This document shows, one piece after another, positions 14,591 through 28,495 of a stretch of 64,000 bases of DNA. The stretch is taken from the NCBI RefSeq assembly GCF_009914755.1, contig NC_060947.1; one strand, given 5' to 3'. This DNA comes from the human T2T-CHM13v2.0 reference genome, Homo sapiens. Position 1 is the stretch's first letter. Every line of letters begins with the position of its first letter. The translations under genes were made by a program, and so were the position numbers. The notes beneath the pieces are model-generated. The model was not told where the DNA came from and did no database searches. It saw only the letters and a program-made list of their open reading frames with translations.

Positions 14591-15199
14591 TGTAGTTGAG
14601 TAAACCAATTTTCCTAAGAGAAAGATAATAAGTTATTTTAAAATTATTATTATTATTTTGTTTCTCTTTCCTTCATTCCTCTTGTTCTCAACTTTCCACT
14701 TAGCTCTTTAGAAACACAATTATAATCTTTACCTTCCCTTTACCAGACACTCCCTATACAGCAAGCTTATCTACATGCTTATTTAGAAGCTCCAGAGCCA
14801 GAACTCTCTCCCAGCAGATTTCCTTGAGACAACAGTCAATTTATCACCTAAATTATGCTCACAATGGAACTCTCTCTCACCTGGAAAGCATCTTGCGACA
14901 TCAGCCACTTTACAACCTCACTCTGCCCATAATAGCACCAGCTCAACCACCTGGTAGATAACTCAAAGTCATGTAACTCCCACACCTGCTCACTCTCTTC
15001 TCTGCATGCCTTTTAGTGAAAGCTGCCCTTTAAAACTCCTGCTTTCTGCCCCTAAAGTAAAGCAATTCCCTTAAAGGCAGGAGCCTGTACCTCTTCCCCT
15101 TTGCTAAGCTTTGAAACAGTCACTTCCTTTATACCAGACCTTGCTCTTGTTAATTGAACTCTGCAAGTGGTGAGTGACTGAACTTGCATTTCAGTTACA
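14591..15199 (+). mobile_element. Old solo ERV1 LTR (MER4 group, MER67-like)
   Basis: TGTAGTTGA...TCAGTTACA inverted termini, U5-like cttgctcttgttaattgaactctgcaag, imperfect TSD tcag/gcag. Subfamily uncertain. Confidence 0.6.
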
Positions 15200-15819
15200 G
15201 CAGTAATGACTGTAATGTTTTATAAATACATACCAATAGTGGACCAAGTTGCCAGAGACAATTGGAGCTAAGGCAGAATAAGTTGGTTGTGGCAGATAGA
15301 GGCCAAACATTCAAAGAAAAAAAAAAAAAAAAAAAAAAAAACAACTAAAGCAGTAACTGCAGTAACTCATGCTGAAACACAGAGGAGCAATTAGAAAGGC
15401 CACAGCTGACAACCAGGCAAACAAATTAGTGGTTAGCAGGTAGTCAGGAAGCTGAGATTCATTACAATAAAGACTAAAAGATCAGATAACAGTTAGTTTT
15501 ACTAGAGAGGTGAGTGCTTCTGAAAATCATGCTGGCTATTACCCTACTGTTAAAGAATGTAACTAATGTAACTGACCTCCTTTTATAACCTTCTTAGTGG
15601 TGGTTCTCATTTTTTAAGAAGTCTGTGTTTTCCCTATGGTCTTGAATATGCTTGCTGTCTTAACAGTCATTCAACTTTTTCCTGAGCATTTACAGTAAAT
15701 GGAAAAGGAAATGAAGAAGATTGAGCACCTGTTACTTGCCTGAAAGTGTAGCAGAAGAGAGCTAACCAGATAGCTAAATAAACACTCTCATGGAATATTA
15801 ATCAACAATTTGATACATA

Positions 15820-15935
15820 AATAAGTACCATTACTAATAAGATTTTACAAGTAGGAAGCTCAAAAAAGTGAGGTAAAGAATCCAAGTTTACATAGCTAGT
15901 TTTAAGTGGTGAAATGTATCAACTCAAGACTTTTA
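15820..15935 (-). mobile_element. MIR core fragment
   Basis: attttacaagtaggaa..ccaagtttacatagctagt..aagtgg resembles the antisense MIR core. Confidence 0.45.
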
Positions 15936-17789
15936 TTATCCCCTATGCCCTCTTTTATGTATTTTATGGACTACTAAGACTCCTCTTAGTATGTGAGGCT
16001 GAAAACTAATCTCTGATTAGTCCAGATTTTGACAAAAATATTGCCAGTACTCTAGAACTAAGTTATTATTTTCAGAGGATCTCTTTTAGAATGTATGATT
16101 CCTGGGAGGATATTAATTAAACCGTACAACACACTGCAATACAATTTTTTTTAATCAGATAAGTCGTGGGAGGCCAAGACTCCAGGGAATCAGAACAAAG
16201 GGTAGGATCATAATGGGGGCAATGGGGGTTATAGTGAGAAGTATTGGAAGGCATGGGGGTAAAGAAGTAAAAACATTAATAGAGGCCAATTTTTAGAGAA
16301 AACAGGATAAATCGACTTTTTAATAGGCAATCTTTATTATACTGTTTGATTTTTTTTAACAGCCAGGAGAAAGTTCCAGCTAAAATATTTCACCTGTGGC
16401 CATATTGATTATTTTACAATAGGCTATCATTTCTTACCATATTTTTAAAAGCTATGCTTTGTGGTTATTAAGAGGTGATTCTACAATACTTTTCTGAATG
16501 ATAGCTTTCATCTGACAATGCATCATATTTAATGAGTAGTAAAACTGTAATTCAGTCTTTGATCACTGTCAACAAACAACTTGGGCTGGCAAGGAGCTAT
16601 AAGTGTATGCTGCATTGACAATTTATTTTCTTTTAGGCTATTTTATAGTAAAAAAAAAATCACCTGGTATAAAATGTTGTGTTAATTGTTTATAACTAAC
16701 TAGTAGAATTTGACCGCAGAGTTAATCTTAGGCAATAATTTCTTCAACTACCAGTGGAATTTTGCACTCAAAGTTGTTAAAGACTTCTTTCATTCAAATC
16801 CCTGAAGTGTGGTGCAGTTCTAGTCATTGTAAAGATTTTTCAGGAGATGGGAGAAAGATCTAATAAGGTCATTTTTCACAGTGTTATACTGAGAGTTGTC
16901 TTGGATGGAATGGTTCTGCAGTTCATCAGTTTTGATATTTATATTCAGTACCTCTGAGTAGTTAAAGATCAATGACACCATAAAATGCATTTATCTCATA
17001 CATACTTTAAAACATCTCACAACAAAGCATTTAGAGAACTGTGTCAAAAACATGACTAGATCTTGTAACTTACAAAAAGGGACACATTTTGCCTTTTTAT
17101 ATTTTCCATTTTTAAAATTTTTTTAAAGAGTGTGTTTATTACAAAGATATTTTAGGAGCAAAGATAAAAAAATGTATTCCAAAAATGAGCCTGTACATTC
17201 TAGGGCTTCTGATATTGTGACTAAAGTGAGATATATTCTATTAACCTTTTCCAAATAGGATTGTACTTGTTTATAAATGATGTCCAGCATTTGGTCCCAA
17301 ACGCAAATTTTAACTTCATAATCATATAAAAAACTTGAACTGATATATCAAACCCACATACTATCTAACTTTTAAATGTATATCTATTTTTATTTCATAA
17401 TCACAATAACAGTAAAATGCAATATTTCTCTGACTTCTTATAATAATTTCCCCCTATCCTTCTACAAGAATTCAGGGAGTTTCCAGACCCTTTCTCTTGT
17501 GGGCTTATGCGTGGGAGATTCTTATGTTATCTTCTCTCAGTGTCAGCATCAGTATGTCACATGCTCCTTAAATCTGGGTTTCTGTAGTGACATGTTCTGC
17601 TACTTCACTGTGCCTGAGAAATGATGTGCTATGATCCAATGATAATTATATTGCATCGGCTCAGTTGTCCTGCACACTTTATGATAAGCTTGTGAAACAG
17701 AGCTGTCTTCTGTTTTTTGTTTCTTATGCATATTTCCATGATGATGATCTATGTTAGTTACTCACTTCTAAATGAGTAAAAATAAAAGG

Positions 17790-18058
17790 GAGTACAACAC
17801 AGTGGTTAACAAAATGGACTCTGATACTTCAGTACTTGGGTTTGATTGTCAACTCTACTACTACTAGCTATGTAGCATTCAAAAAACTACTTGATTCCCC
17901 TTTGCCACCATAGCCTTATTTACTAAATGTGGGTAATGACAATCAGATCTGCCTCATAGGATGGTTTATGAAAATTAAAAGATTTAATGTGCATAAACTA
18001 CTTAATTCATGACACATAATAAGCATTATATCAATGTATTATTATTATTATTATTATT
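17790..18058 (+). mobile_element. MIR SINE, near full length, with (ATT)n tail
   Basis: cagtggttaa..ggactctg..actagctatgt..ctgcctcataggatggtttatgaaaattaaa..attattatt. Confidence 0.75.
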
Positions 18059-19074
18059 GCTGATTCCTCTCTTCAAGGTACCATTATGAGTACAGGGTGA
18101 CTAAGCCCTATGTGACACCTAAAACTTAAGAGTTTGGTTGATACAATTAAGCAAAAACTATTAGGCAGAAAGTCTCAGCAACAAGGACTATCCAATCTGT
18201 TGTATAGAATTCCGAATTCCAACATCCATTTTTGTTTTAAAGATATGTGTCATTATTATTTGACATGGAGATAAAATAGACTTCTACTCAAGATGATGAA
18301 TTATGAAGAATATGTCAAATCAATAAAAATGCAGAATAAATAATTGTTAGATATAGTTATGACAACTGTCACTATGAAGGATTAAAAAAGGAGCACATCA
18401 GGAATTAGGATGTTAAATAACATTAATGATGTAGCTTAAATAGAAAATCCTGTTTTTAAGACATTACTCTGTAAGAAGCACCAATATGGCTGAGTAGAAG
18501 CAGCTGGTGTGTGCTGTTCTCATGGGGAAAAGAAAGAGTGGTGAGGAAACACTACCTCTTCAAGTGATAATCCAGGAAGCCTCATTGGGATTCATAAAAA
18601 AAGCAATGGTGCCACATGAACACCAGTAAAAACTGAGGCAGGACAGCTGCCTACCTGGGATTGGTGCAGAGCCAGGGGAGGCTCCCTACCATGAGAAAAG
18701 GGTGAGTGAGGGAGAACCCTTGGGGACTCAAATTTATGCCACAAACCTTTGAGGTTATGGGCACTAAAGATCCCCATTGGCACCCCCAGGCTTATAGTCC
18801 AACACAGAGAGCTTCCTCGTGTCTCAGCAGAGCCACAGCTCAAGCTCATGTTCGGCCCCATTGGTCTTGTTTCCTTGTGCCAGCTTTCATAGCCCTGCCA
18901 ACAAGGGAGGCCAGGCTCTCTCACACATCCCTAAGATAGGGGCCATATTCATGATAGTGAGGAGCAGAGAGACCACAAGTCCCACCTCTGCTGTATCTCA
19001 TCAGGCAAGGTCCATTGGCTGGGGTCCCCAGAACAACCACCCGACCCCTGTCTGAGCACTCCAGCTGGTTGTGG

Positions 19075-20050
19075 CCCTGCATTTCTCTGAAATACAGCTA
19101 CCGGAAGTAACTTACAGGTCTGCTGCAATTGCTATGGTTGTGGACCCCACACCTGCTGCTCTCAGGCTGGGGAGGCAGCAAAGAATCCAAGAAATATAGT
19201 GGGCCTCCAGCAAGCCACAGCTGCCCTATGAAAAGGTATCCAGATTGTTTTCCACATCTGACCCTGCTTCTGCTGCTCCTCACTGGGCAGAGCCTCCTGG
19301 CTTTGGCCCACAGTGCAGCCACCTCACACCTGCTTAATCACATCGGTCCATGGCAGCTCTGTATTTCTCCAGGATGGAGCTCCCAGAGACAACTGACAGA
19401 CCCTCTGCCATTGCTGCCACCATTGCTCCCCCCAGGTTAGGAGGAAACAAAGAGCCTGATTGTTTTCACATGCCTACAGTATGCCACAGCCATTTTATGT
19501 AGAAGAGTTTAGACTGCCTTTAATGTGAACTGAGCACCCTGTTCTTTGTCAGGCAGTCCTCCACTCCCCACCCTCAGCTTGGGTCTGCAGTACAGCAGCC
19601 CCACTCCTGGCTGATCATCACAATCAGCAATGGCTCTGCATTTCTCTGGGGTGGAGTTCCCAGAGGCAACTAACAGCCCCTCTTCCACTGCTGCCACTGT
19701 AGTACCCTGCCTTGCTGCCCTAGTGATGGAAAGGGAACAATTCACCTGATTGCTGTGTTTATATCTCCAGCATGCCATAGCCGCCCTACAGAGGGAAGGC
19801 CAGACTGTCTTCCCTGTTAGTCCCTGCCCCCACTACTCTTTACAAGGCAGGGCTCCCTAGCATGGGTCATAGCACACCTGCCACATCCCCAGCTGTTTAC
19901 TAATCAGCTATGGTTTTTCATTTAGCTGAGGTGGAACGCCCAGAGTCATCTGACAGGCCCTCTGCCATTGCTGCTGCCATGGTCCCCACCCCTGCTGCCT
20001 CCAAGCTGAGGAGGGAAGAAAAAACTTCACCACACTCCAGGGTGGCAGTG
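19075..20050 (+). repeat. Diverged tandem monomers (~280-bp period, 3.5-4 copies) in the L1 5'UTR
   Basis: Recurring (ctctg)catttctc..ggtggag..cccagag..aactgacag..ccctctgccattgctgcc at ~19079, 19357, 19634 and 19914. Confidence 0.75.
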
Positions 20051-23000
20051 CACAGCTTGGGAGTGGTGAACGGAGATCTGTGACCAGCACTCTGAAAGGA
20101 GAGGAGTTTACACTCCCAGAGCACTGAGAGGGGTAAGTTGCATGGGCTCATGGGCTGTCACAGGAGGGGAGCATGCCTGCCTCCACAAAGCCAGCCCAGA
20201 AAATGTGAGGCCTATTTCCCTCCTGCCTGCTGTCTCTGCCTGAGGAAGCCCCATGAACCAAAAGAGCTAAGAAAAGAGAAACTGACACAGTGCCAGTGAT
20301 GTGAGGAAGCTCCCCTAAGGTCCAGATGTATAGCTAATGAGGTCATCTCTCTCTCTGTTGCAACACAGAGCACAGCTACAAACGCCAGGAAATAAAAAGA
20401 AGCCAGTGGCTTAGTAAGAGCCTACCTACTGCCAGTACTCTTAAGAACCATCTACTGCATCTCGGCCCAATGTAAAACACCAAAACTACTTAGCTAATAT
20501 ACCCCCCTATGGAACCAAGGGCAGTAATTCAGTCGCAAAAAAAGAAAGACTCTACACAGAGCATTGGCTTTCTGGAACCATCTACAAACAAAGCTAACTG
20601 ACTATATTCAACTTATAACCACAATTAAAAGAACATCAACCCTTCCAGATGAAAAATAATTAGCACAAGAACCCTGGCAATTCAAAAACCAAAGTGTCTA
20701 TGTACCTCCAAGGGAGTCCACTAGTCTCCAACAATGAATCTTAAGTTGAAAATAATAGATATAGAATTCAGAATCTTTATGGCAAGGAAGTGCATTGAGT
20801 TGCAAGAGAAAGTTGAAACTCAATCCAAGGAATCCAGTAAGATGATCCAAGAGCTGAAATACAATATAGCTATTTTAAGAAATAACCAAACTAAACTTTT
20901 AGAGCTGAAAAACTCCCTACAAGAATTTCATACTTCGATGTAAAGTATTAACAGCAGAATAGACCATGCTGAGCATAGAATTTCAGAGCATGAAAAATGG
21001 TTCTGTAAATCAACTCAGTTAGACAAAAATGAAGAAAAAAAATTGTTAAAAAATGAACAAAACGTCCAATAAATAATGGGGTTATGTAAAGAGACCAAGT
21101 GTTTGACTTATTGGCATTCCTAGGAGAGAGAAGAAGGGGGAAAAATAACTTGGAAAATATATTTGAGGATATAGTCCATGAACATTTCTCTACTCTCACT
21201 AGAGAGATGGACATTCAAATCCAAGAAATAGAAAGAATTTCAGCTAGATATTTTACAAGATGACCAACCACTAAGGCACATAGTCATCAGATTCAACAAG
21301 CTCAATGCAAAATAAAAAAGCCTTAAAGGAAGCTAGAGAGAAGGATAAAGTCATATACAAAGCAAACTCCATCAGCTAGCAGCAGACATCTCAGCAGAAA
21401 CATTATAAACATAAGTGATTGCAGACCTATTTTCAGGATCCTTAAAGAAAAGAAATTCCAAGCAAGAATTCATATTCTTCAAAACTAAGATTCATAAGTA
21501 AAGGAGGAATAAATTCTTCTCAGACAGGCAAATACTAAGGGAATTTATTCCAACCAGACCAGCCTTAAAAGAGGTTCTTGAGAGAGTGCTACACATGGAA
21601 CCAAAGGGGGAAAAAAAGGCTAGCACAAAAACATACCTAAGTACAAAGATCACAGACACTATAAAACAATCACACAAACAAGTCTACAGAATAACCAGCT
21701 TACAACATGATGACAGAATCAAAATCTTACATATCAATACTAACCCTGAATGTAAATGGGCTAAATGCCCCCACATAAAAGACATGGAGTAGCAAACTGG
21801 AAAAAAAGATAAGACCTAACTATCTACAGTCTACAAGAGACCCAGCTCACATGCAGTGAAACACACAAGCTCAAAGTAAAGAGATGAAGAAAGATCTATC
21901 ATGCAAGTGGAAAACAACAACAAAAAGTAGGAGTTGATATTCTTGAAGAAGGGCATACATAATAATACAGAGTACCAACAAGAAAACTTAACTATTCTAA
22001 ATATGTAGGCACCTAAATAAATATGCACTCACATTTATAAAACAAGTTCTTCTTGGCCTATGAGAAGACTTAGAAAACCACACAATAATAGTGGGAGATT
22101 TCAACACCCCAAAGAGCATTGAGGGAGAAAACTGTCAAAGAAACATTAGAGTTAAACAGTACACTTGACCAAATGGACATGATACACGTCTACAGAACAC
22201 TCCATCAAACAACCACAGAGTATATATTATTTTCACCTGCACACGGAACAAATTCTAAGACAACCACATGCTTGATCATAAAGCATGTCTCAACAAATTC
22301 GAAACAGTTGAAATCATACCAGTTAACAACCTCAGGCAACAGTGCAATAAAAATACAAATGAATATCAAGAAAATCTCTCAAAACCACACAAATAATTTG
22401 GAAATTGAACAACTTGCTCCTAAATTACTCCTGGGTGGACATCAAATTTTCGTCAGAAATAAAAATAATTGAAATTAATGAAAATAGGGACACAACTTAC
22501 CAAAAATGGAAACATTTTTCTTGAAAAGTTGAACAAGGCAAGGATGTCCACTCTCACTCCTCCTATTTAACATAGTACTGAAAGCCCCAGCCAGAACAAT
22601 TAGGCAAGAGAAAGAAATAAAAAAACATCTAAATAGGAAAAGAATAAGTCAAGCTATTTTTCCTGACATTATGATTCTATACCTAGAAAATACTAAAGAC
22701 TCCACAGAAAGGCAACCAAATCTGGAAAATAATTTTGACAATGTTTCAGAGTACAAAAAAGTCACTGTACAAAAATCAGTGGCATTTTTATAGACCAAAA
22801 TGTCTAGGTTGTGACTCAAATCAAGAACACAATCCCACTTACAATAGCTACAAAGAAAATGAAATATCTAGGTATACAACTAACCAAGGAAATGAAAGAT
22901 CTCTCCCAGGAGAACTACAAAACATTGCTGAAAGAAATCAGAGACATCACAAATAAATTAAAAAAAAATTTTGTGCTCATGGATTGGAAGAATCAATATA

Positions 23001-23226
23001 ATAAAAATGGCCATACTGCCCAAAGCAATTTACAAATTCACTGCTAGTCCTATCAAACTACCAATGTCATTCTTCACAGAATTAGAAAAAAAACTATTCT
23101 AAACATTATATGGAACTTAAAAAAGAACCCAAGTAGCCTAAGCAAAAAGAACACAGCCAGACACATCATACAAACTGAGTTCAAACTATATTATAAGGCT
23201 ACAGTAAAACAAAACACCATGATATT

Positions 23227-23638
23227 TGTCAGGCCTCTGAGCCTAAGCTAAGCCATCATATTTCCTGTGACCTGCGCTTACACATCCAGATGGCCGGTTC
23301 CTGCCTTAACTGATGACATTCCACCACAAAAGAAGTGAAAATGTCCTGTTCCTGCCTTAACTGATGACATTGTCTTGTGAAATTCCTTCTCCTGGCTCAT
23401 CCTGGCTCAAAAGCTCCACTACTGAGCACCTTGTGACCCCCACTCTGCCTGCCAGAGAACAACCCCTTTTGACTGTAATTTTCCTTTACCTACCCAAATC
23501 CTATAAAACGACCCCACCCCTATCTCCCTTCGCTGACTCTCTTTTCAGACTCAGCCCACCTGCACCCAGGTGAAATAGACAGCTTTATTGGTCACACAAA
23601 GCCTGTTTGGTGGTCTCTTCATATGGACGTGCATGAAA
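23227..23638 (+). promoter_or_regulatory. HERV-H 5' LTR7 (promoter); TATA at 23502-23508, poly(A) signal mutated to AATAGA
   Basis: TGTCAGGCCTCTGAGCC start, duplicated TTCCTGCCTTAACTGATGACATT, CCTATAAAA, AATAGA at 23574-23579. Promoter activity not shown. Confidence 0.85.
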
Positions 23639-23640
23639 TT

Positions 23641-23658
23641 TGGTGCTATGACTCAGAT
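23641..23658 (+). other. Primer-binding site (tRNA-His), degenerate
   Basis: TGGTGCTATGACTCAGAT vs HERV-H PBS TGGTGCCGTGACTCGGAT; differences are CpG-type transitions. Confidence 0.9.
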
Positions 23659-23781
23659 CAGAGGACCTCCCTTGGGAGATCAATCCCCTGTCCTCCTGTT
23701 CTTTGCTCCATGAAAAAGATCCACCTACGACCTCAGGTCCTCAGACCCACCAGCCCAAGGAACATCTCACCAATTTTAAAT

Positions 23782-23790
23782 CGGGTAAGC
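23782..23790 (+). other. HERV-H major splice donor CGG|GTAAGC
   Basis: Consensus-like donor ~150 nt downstream of the 5' LTR, the usual position of the HERV-H leader donor. Confidence 0.7.
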
Positions 23791-24452
23791 GGCCTCTTTT
23801 TACTCTCTTCTCCAGCCTCCTTCACTATCCCTCAACCTCTTTCTCCTTTCAATCTTGGTGCCACACTTCAATCTCTCCGTTCTCTTAATTTCAATTCCTT
23901 TCATTTTCTGGTAGAGACAAAGGAGACATGTTTTATCCGTGGACCCAAAACTCCAGTGCCGGTCACAGACTAGGGAAGGCAGCCTTCCCTTGGTGTTTAC
24001 TTATTGCAGGGATGCCTCTCTGATTATTCACCCAGGTTTCAGAGGTGTCAGACCATGCAGGGACGCCTGCCTTGATCCTTCACCCTTAGCGACAAGTCCC
24101 ACTTTTCTGGGGAAGGGGCAAGTACCCCAACCCCTTCTCTCTGTGTCTCTACCCCTTCTCCACCTTTCTGGGGGGCAAGAGACCCCCAACCCCTTCTCCT
24201 TCACCCTTAGTGGCAAGTCCCGCTTTTCTAGGGGAGGGGCAAGTACCCCAACCCCTTATATCTCTGCACCCCGATCCCTTATTTCCACACCCCAACCTCT
24301 TATATCTCTGTGCCCCAATCCCTTATTTCCATGCCCTGACATCATATCTCTGTGTCCCAACCCCTTTCCCACTTTTCTGGAGGGTAAGAACTCCCAAACC
24401 CCTTCCCTCTGTGTCTCTACTCTCTCTTTTCTCTGGGCTTGCCTCCTTCACT

Positions 24453-25660
24453 ATGGGCAACCTTCCACCCTCCATTCCTCCTTCTTCTCCCTTAGCCTGT
24501 GTTCTTAAGAACTTAAAACCTCTTCAACTCTCACCTGATCTAAAATCTAAGCATGTTATTTTCTTCTGCAATGCCACCTGACCCCAATACAAACTTGACA
24601 GTAGTTCCAAATAGCCAGAAAACAGCACTTTCAATTTTTCCATCCTGCAAGTTCTAAATAATTATTGTCATAAAATAGGCAAACGGTCTGAGGTGCCTGA
24701 TGTCCAGGAATTATTTTACACATTGGTCCCTTCCTAGTCTCTGTGCCCAGTGCAACTCATCCCAAATCTTCCTTCTTTCCCTCCCACCTGTCCCCTCCAT
24801 CCCAACCCCCAGCATCGCTGAGTCTTTCTAATCTTCCTTTTCTACAGACCCATCTGACCTCTCCCCTCCTCCCCAGACTGCTCCTCACCAGGCCGAGCTA
24901 GGTCCCAATTCTTCCTCAGCCTCCGCTCCTCCACCCAATAATCCTTTTATCACCTCCCCTCCTCACACCTGGTCCAGCTTACAGTTTCATTCCGTGACTA
25001 GCCCTCCCCCACCTGCCCAGCAATTTACTCTTAAAAAGGTGGCTGGAGCTAAAGCCATAGTCAAGGTTAATGCTCCCTTTTCTTTATTCCAAATCAGATA
25101 GCGTTTAGGCTCTTTTTCATCGAATATAAAAATCCTGCCCAGTTCATGACTCATTTGGCAGCAACCCTGAGACACTTTATAGCCCTAGACCCTAAAAGGT
25201 CAAAAGGCCATCTTATTCTCAAAATACATTTTATTACCCAATCTGCTCCCGACATTAAATAAAACTCCAAAAATTAAATTCTGGCCCTCAAACCCCACAA
25301 CAGGATTTAATTAACCTCGCCTTCAAGGTGTACAATAATAGAAAAAAGTTGCAATTCCTTGCCTCCACTGTGAGACAAACCCCAGCCACATCTCCAGCAC
25401 ACAAGAACTTCCAAACGCCTGAACCGCAGCAGCCAGGCATTCCTCCAGAACCTCCTCCCCGAGGAGCTTGCTACAAGTGCCAGAAATCTGGCCACCAGGC
25501 CAAGGAATGCCTGCAGCCCAGGATTCCTCCTAAGCCACGTCCCATCTGTGCAGGACCCCACTGGAAATCAGACTGTCCAACTCACCTGGCAGCCACTCCC
25601 AGAGCCCCTGGAACTCTGGCCCAAGGCTCTCTGACTCCTTCCCAGATCTTCTTGGCTTAG
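24453..25660 (+). pseudogene. gag: HERV-H gag remnant
   Basis: MGNLPPSIPPSSPLACVLKNL start; zinc knuckles CYKCQKSGHQAKEC and (R)PICAGPHWKSDC; many stops. Confidence 0.85.
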
Positions 25661-25729
25661 CGGCTGAAGACTGACACTTCCCGATCACCTCGGAAGCCCC
25701 CTAGACCGTCACAGACGCCGAGCTTCGGA

Positions 25730-27900
25730 TAACTCTCACAGTGGAAGGTAAGTCTGTCCCCTTCTTAATCAATACGGAGGCTACCCACTCCACATTACCT
25801 TCTTTTCAAGGGCCTGTTTCCCTTGCCTCCATAACTGTTGTGGGTATTGACAGCCAGGCTTCTAAACCTCTTAAAACTCCCCAATTCTGGTGCCAACTTA
25901 GACAACACTCATTTAAGCACTCCTTTTAGTTATCCCCACCTGCCCAGTTCCCTTATTAGGCTGAGACACTTTAACTAAATTATCTGCTTCCTTGACTATT
26001 CCTGGATTACAGCTACATCTCATTGCTGCCCTTCTTCCCAATCCAAAGCCTCCTTTGCGTCCTCCTCTTGTATTCCCCCACCTTAACCCACAAGTATAAG
26101 ATACCTCTACTCCCTCCTTGGTGACTGATCATGCACCCCTTACCATCTCATTAAAATCTAATCACCCTTACCCCACTGCACACCAATATCCCATCCCACA
26201 GCACGCTTTAAAAGGATTAAAACCTGTTATCACTCGCCTGCTACAGCATGGGCTTCTAAAACCTATAAGCTCTCCTTACAATTCCCCCATTTTACCTGTC
26301 CAAAAACTGGACAAGTCTTACAGATTAGTTCAGGATCTGCGCCTTATCAACCAAATTGTTTTGCCTATCCACCCTGTGGTGCCCAACCCATACACTCTTT
26401 TGTCCTCATTACCTTCCTCCACAACTCACTATTCTGTTCTTGATCTTAAAGATGGTTTTTTCACTATTCCCCTGCACCCCTTGTCCCAGCCTCTCTTTGC
26501 TTTCACTTAGACTAACCCTGACACCCATTAGGCTCAGCAAATTACCTGGGCTGTACTGCCGCAAGGCTTCACAGACAGCCCCCATTACTTCAGTCAAGCC
26601 CAAATTTCATCCTCATCTGTTACCTATCTTGGAATAATTCTCATAAAAACACACGTGCTTTCCCTGCTGATCATGTCCGATTAATCTCCCAAACCTCAAT
26701 CCCTTACAAAACAACATTCCTTTCCTTCCTAGCCATGGTTAGTGTGGTCAGAATTCTTACACAAGAGCCAGGACTGCATCCTGTAGCCTTTCTGTCCAAA
26801 CAATTTGACCTTACTGTTTTAGCCTAGCCATCATGTCTCCATGCAGTGGCTGCTGCCACCCTAATACTTTTAGAGGCCCTCAAAATCACAAACTATGCTC
26901 AAATTACTCTCTACATTTCTCATAACTTCCAAAATCGATTTTCTTCCTCATACCTGATGCATATACTTTCTGCTCCCTGGCTCCTTCAGCTGTACTCACT
27001 CTTTGTTAAGTCCCACAATTACCATTGTTCCTGGCCCAGACTTCAATCTGGCTTCCCACATTATTCCTGATACCACACCTGACCCACATGACTGTATCTC
27101 TCTGATCCACCTGACATTCACCCCATTTCCCCATATTTCCTTCTTTCCTGTTCCTCACCCTGATCACGCTTGATTTATTGATGGCAGTTCCACCAGGCCT
27201 AATCACCACACACCAGCAAAGGCAGGCTATGCTATAGTACAAGCAACTAGCCCGCCTCTTAGAACCTCTCATTTTCTTTCCATCGTGGAAATCTATCCTC
27301 AAGGAAATAACTTCTCAGTGTTCCATCTGCTACTCTACTACTCCTCAGGGATTATTCAGGCCCCCTCCCTTCCCTACACATCAAGCTCGAGGATTTGCCC
27401 CCACCCAGGACTGGCAAATTAGCTTTACTCAACATGCCCCGAGTCACAAAAACTAAAATACCTCTTAGTGTAAGTAGACACTTTCACTAGATAGGTAGAG
27501 GCCTTTCCTACAGGGCCTCAGAAGGCCACCGCAGTCATATCTTCCCTCCTGTCAGACATAATTCCTCAGTTTAGCCTTCCCACATCTATATAGTCTGATA
27601 ACAGACCAGCCTTTATTAGTCAAATCAGCCAAGCATTTTTTCAGGCTCTTAGTATTCAGTGAAACCTTTATATCCCTTACAGTCCTCAGTCTTCAGGAAA
27701 AGTAGAACAGACTAATGGTCTTTTAAAAACACACCTCACCAAGCTCAGCCACCAACTTAAAAAGGACTGGACAATACTTTTACCACTTTCCCTTCTCAGA
27801 ATTCAGGCCTGTCCTCGGAATGCTACAGGGTATAGCCCATTTAAGCTCCTGTATGGACACTCCTTTTTATTAGGCCCCAGTCTCATTCCAGACACCAGAC
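25730..27900 (+). pseudogene. pol: HERV-H pro-pol remnant (protease, RT, integrase; internally deleted)
   Basis: VPFLINTEATHS (degenerate DTGA), SPYNSPILPV, YRLVQDLRLINQ, LDLKDGFF, LPQGF, integrase SSGKVE; interrupted by stops. Confidence 0.85.
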
Positions 27901-28495
27901 CAACCTGGACCGTGCCCCCAAAAAACTTGTCATCCCTACTATCTTCTGTCTAGTCATACTCCTATTCACCATTCTCAGCTACTCATACATGCCCTACTCT
28001 TGTTTGCACTGCGGGTTTACACTGTTTCTCCAAGCCATCACAGCTGATATCTCCTGGTGCTATCCCCCAAACTGCCACTCTTAACTCTTGAAGTAAATAA
28101 ATAATCTTTGCTGACAGGACTATGGTGAATTTCCTCAGGCACTCTAATTAGATGTCCTAGGTCCTCCCAATTCTTAGACCTTTAATACCTGTTTTTCTCC
28201 TTCTCTTATTCCGTTTAGTTTTTCAATTCATACAAAACCATATCCAGGCCATCACCAATAATTCTAAATGACAAATGTTTCTTCTAACAGTCCCACAATA
28301 TCACCCCTTACCACAAAATCTTCCTTCAGCTTAATCTCTCCCACTCTAGGTTCCCACGCCACCCCTAATCCTGCTCGAAGCAGCCCTGAGAAACATTGCC
28401 CATTATCTCTCCATACCACCCCCAAAAATTTTCACCGTCCCAACACTTTACCACTATTTCATTTTATTTTTCTTATTAATATAAGAAGACAGGAA

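Noticed and set aside
16817-16990. Short minus-strand open frame (..IKTDELQNHSIQDNSQYNTVKNDLIRSF..) in unique DNA
   Set aside because: Under 60 codons, with no recognised homology or convincing splice sites.
18444-18470. Possible TSD of the old L1 (aaaatcctgtttttaa vs ~35546 aaaatcctttatgtttttaa)
   Set aside because: AT-rich, gapped and not flush with the element ends.
19075-20050. Regularly spaced repeats as a CRISPR-like array
   Set aside because: Diverged tandem L1 5'UTR monomers in a mammalian genome; no unique spacers or cas genes.
24110-24410. Repeated GGGGCAAGTACCCCAACCCC and TTATATCTCTGTG units
   Set aside because: Normal part of the HERV-H pre-gag leader.
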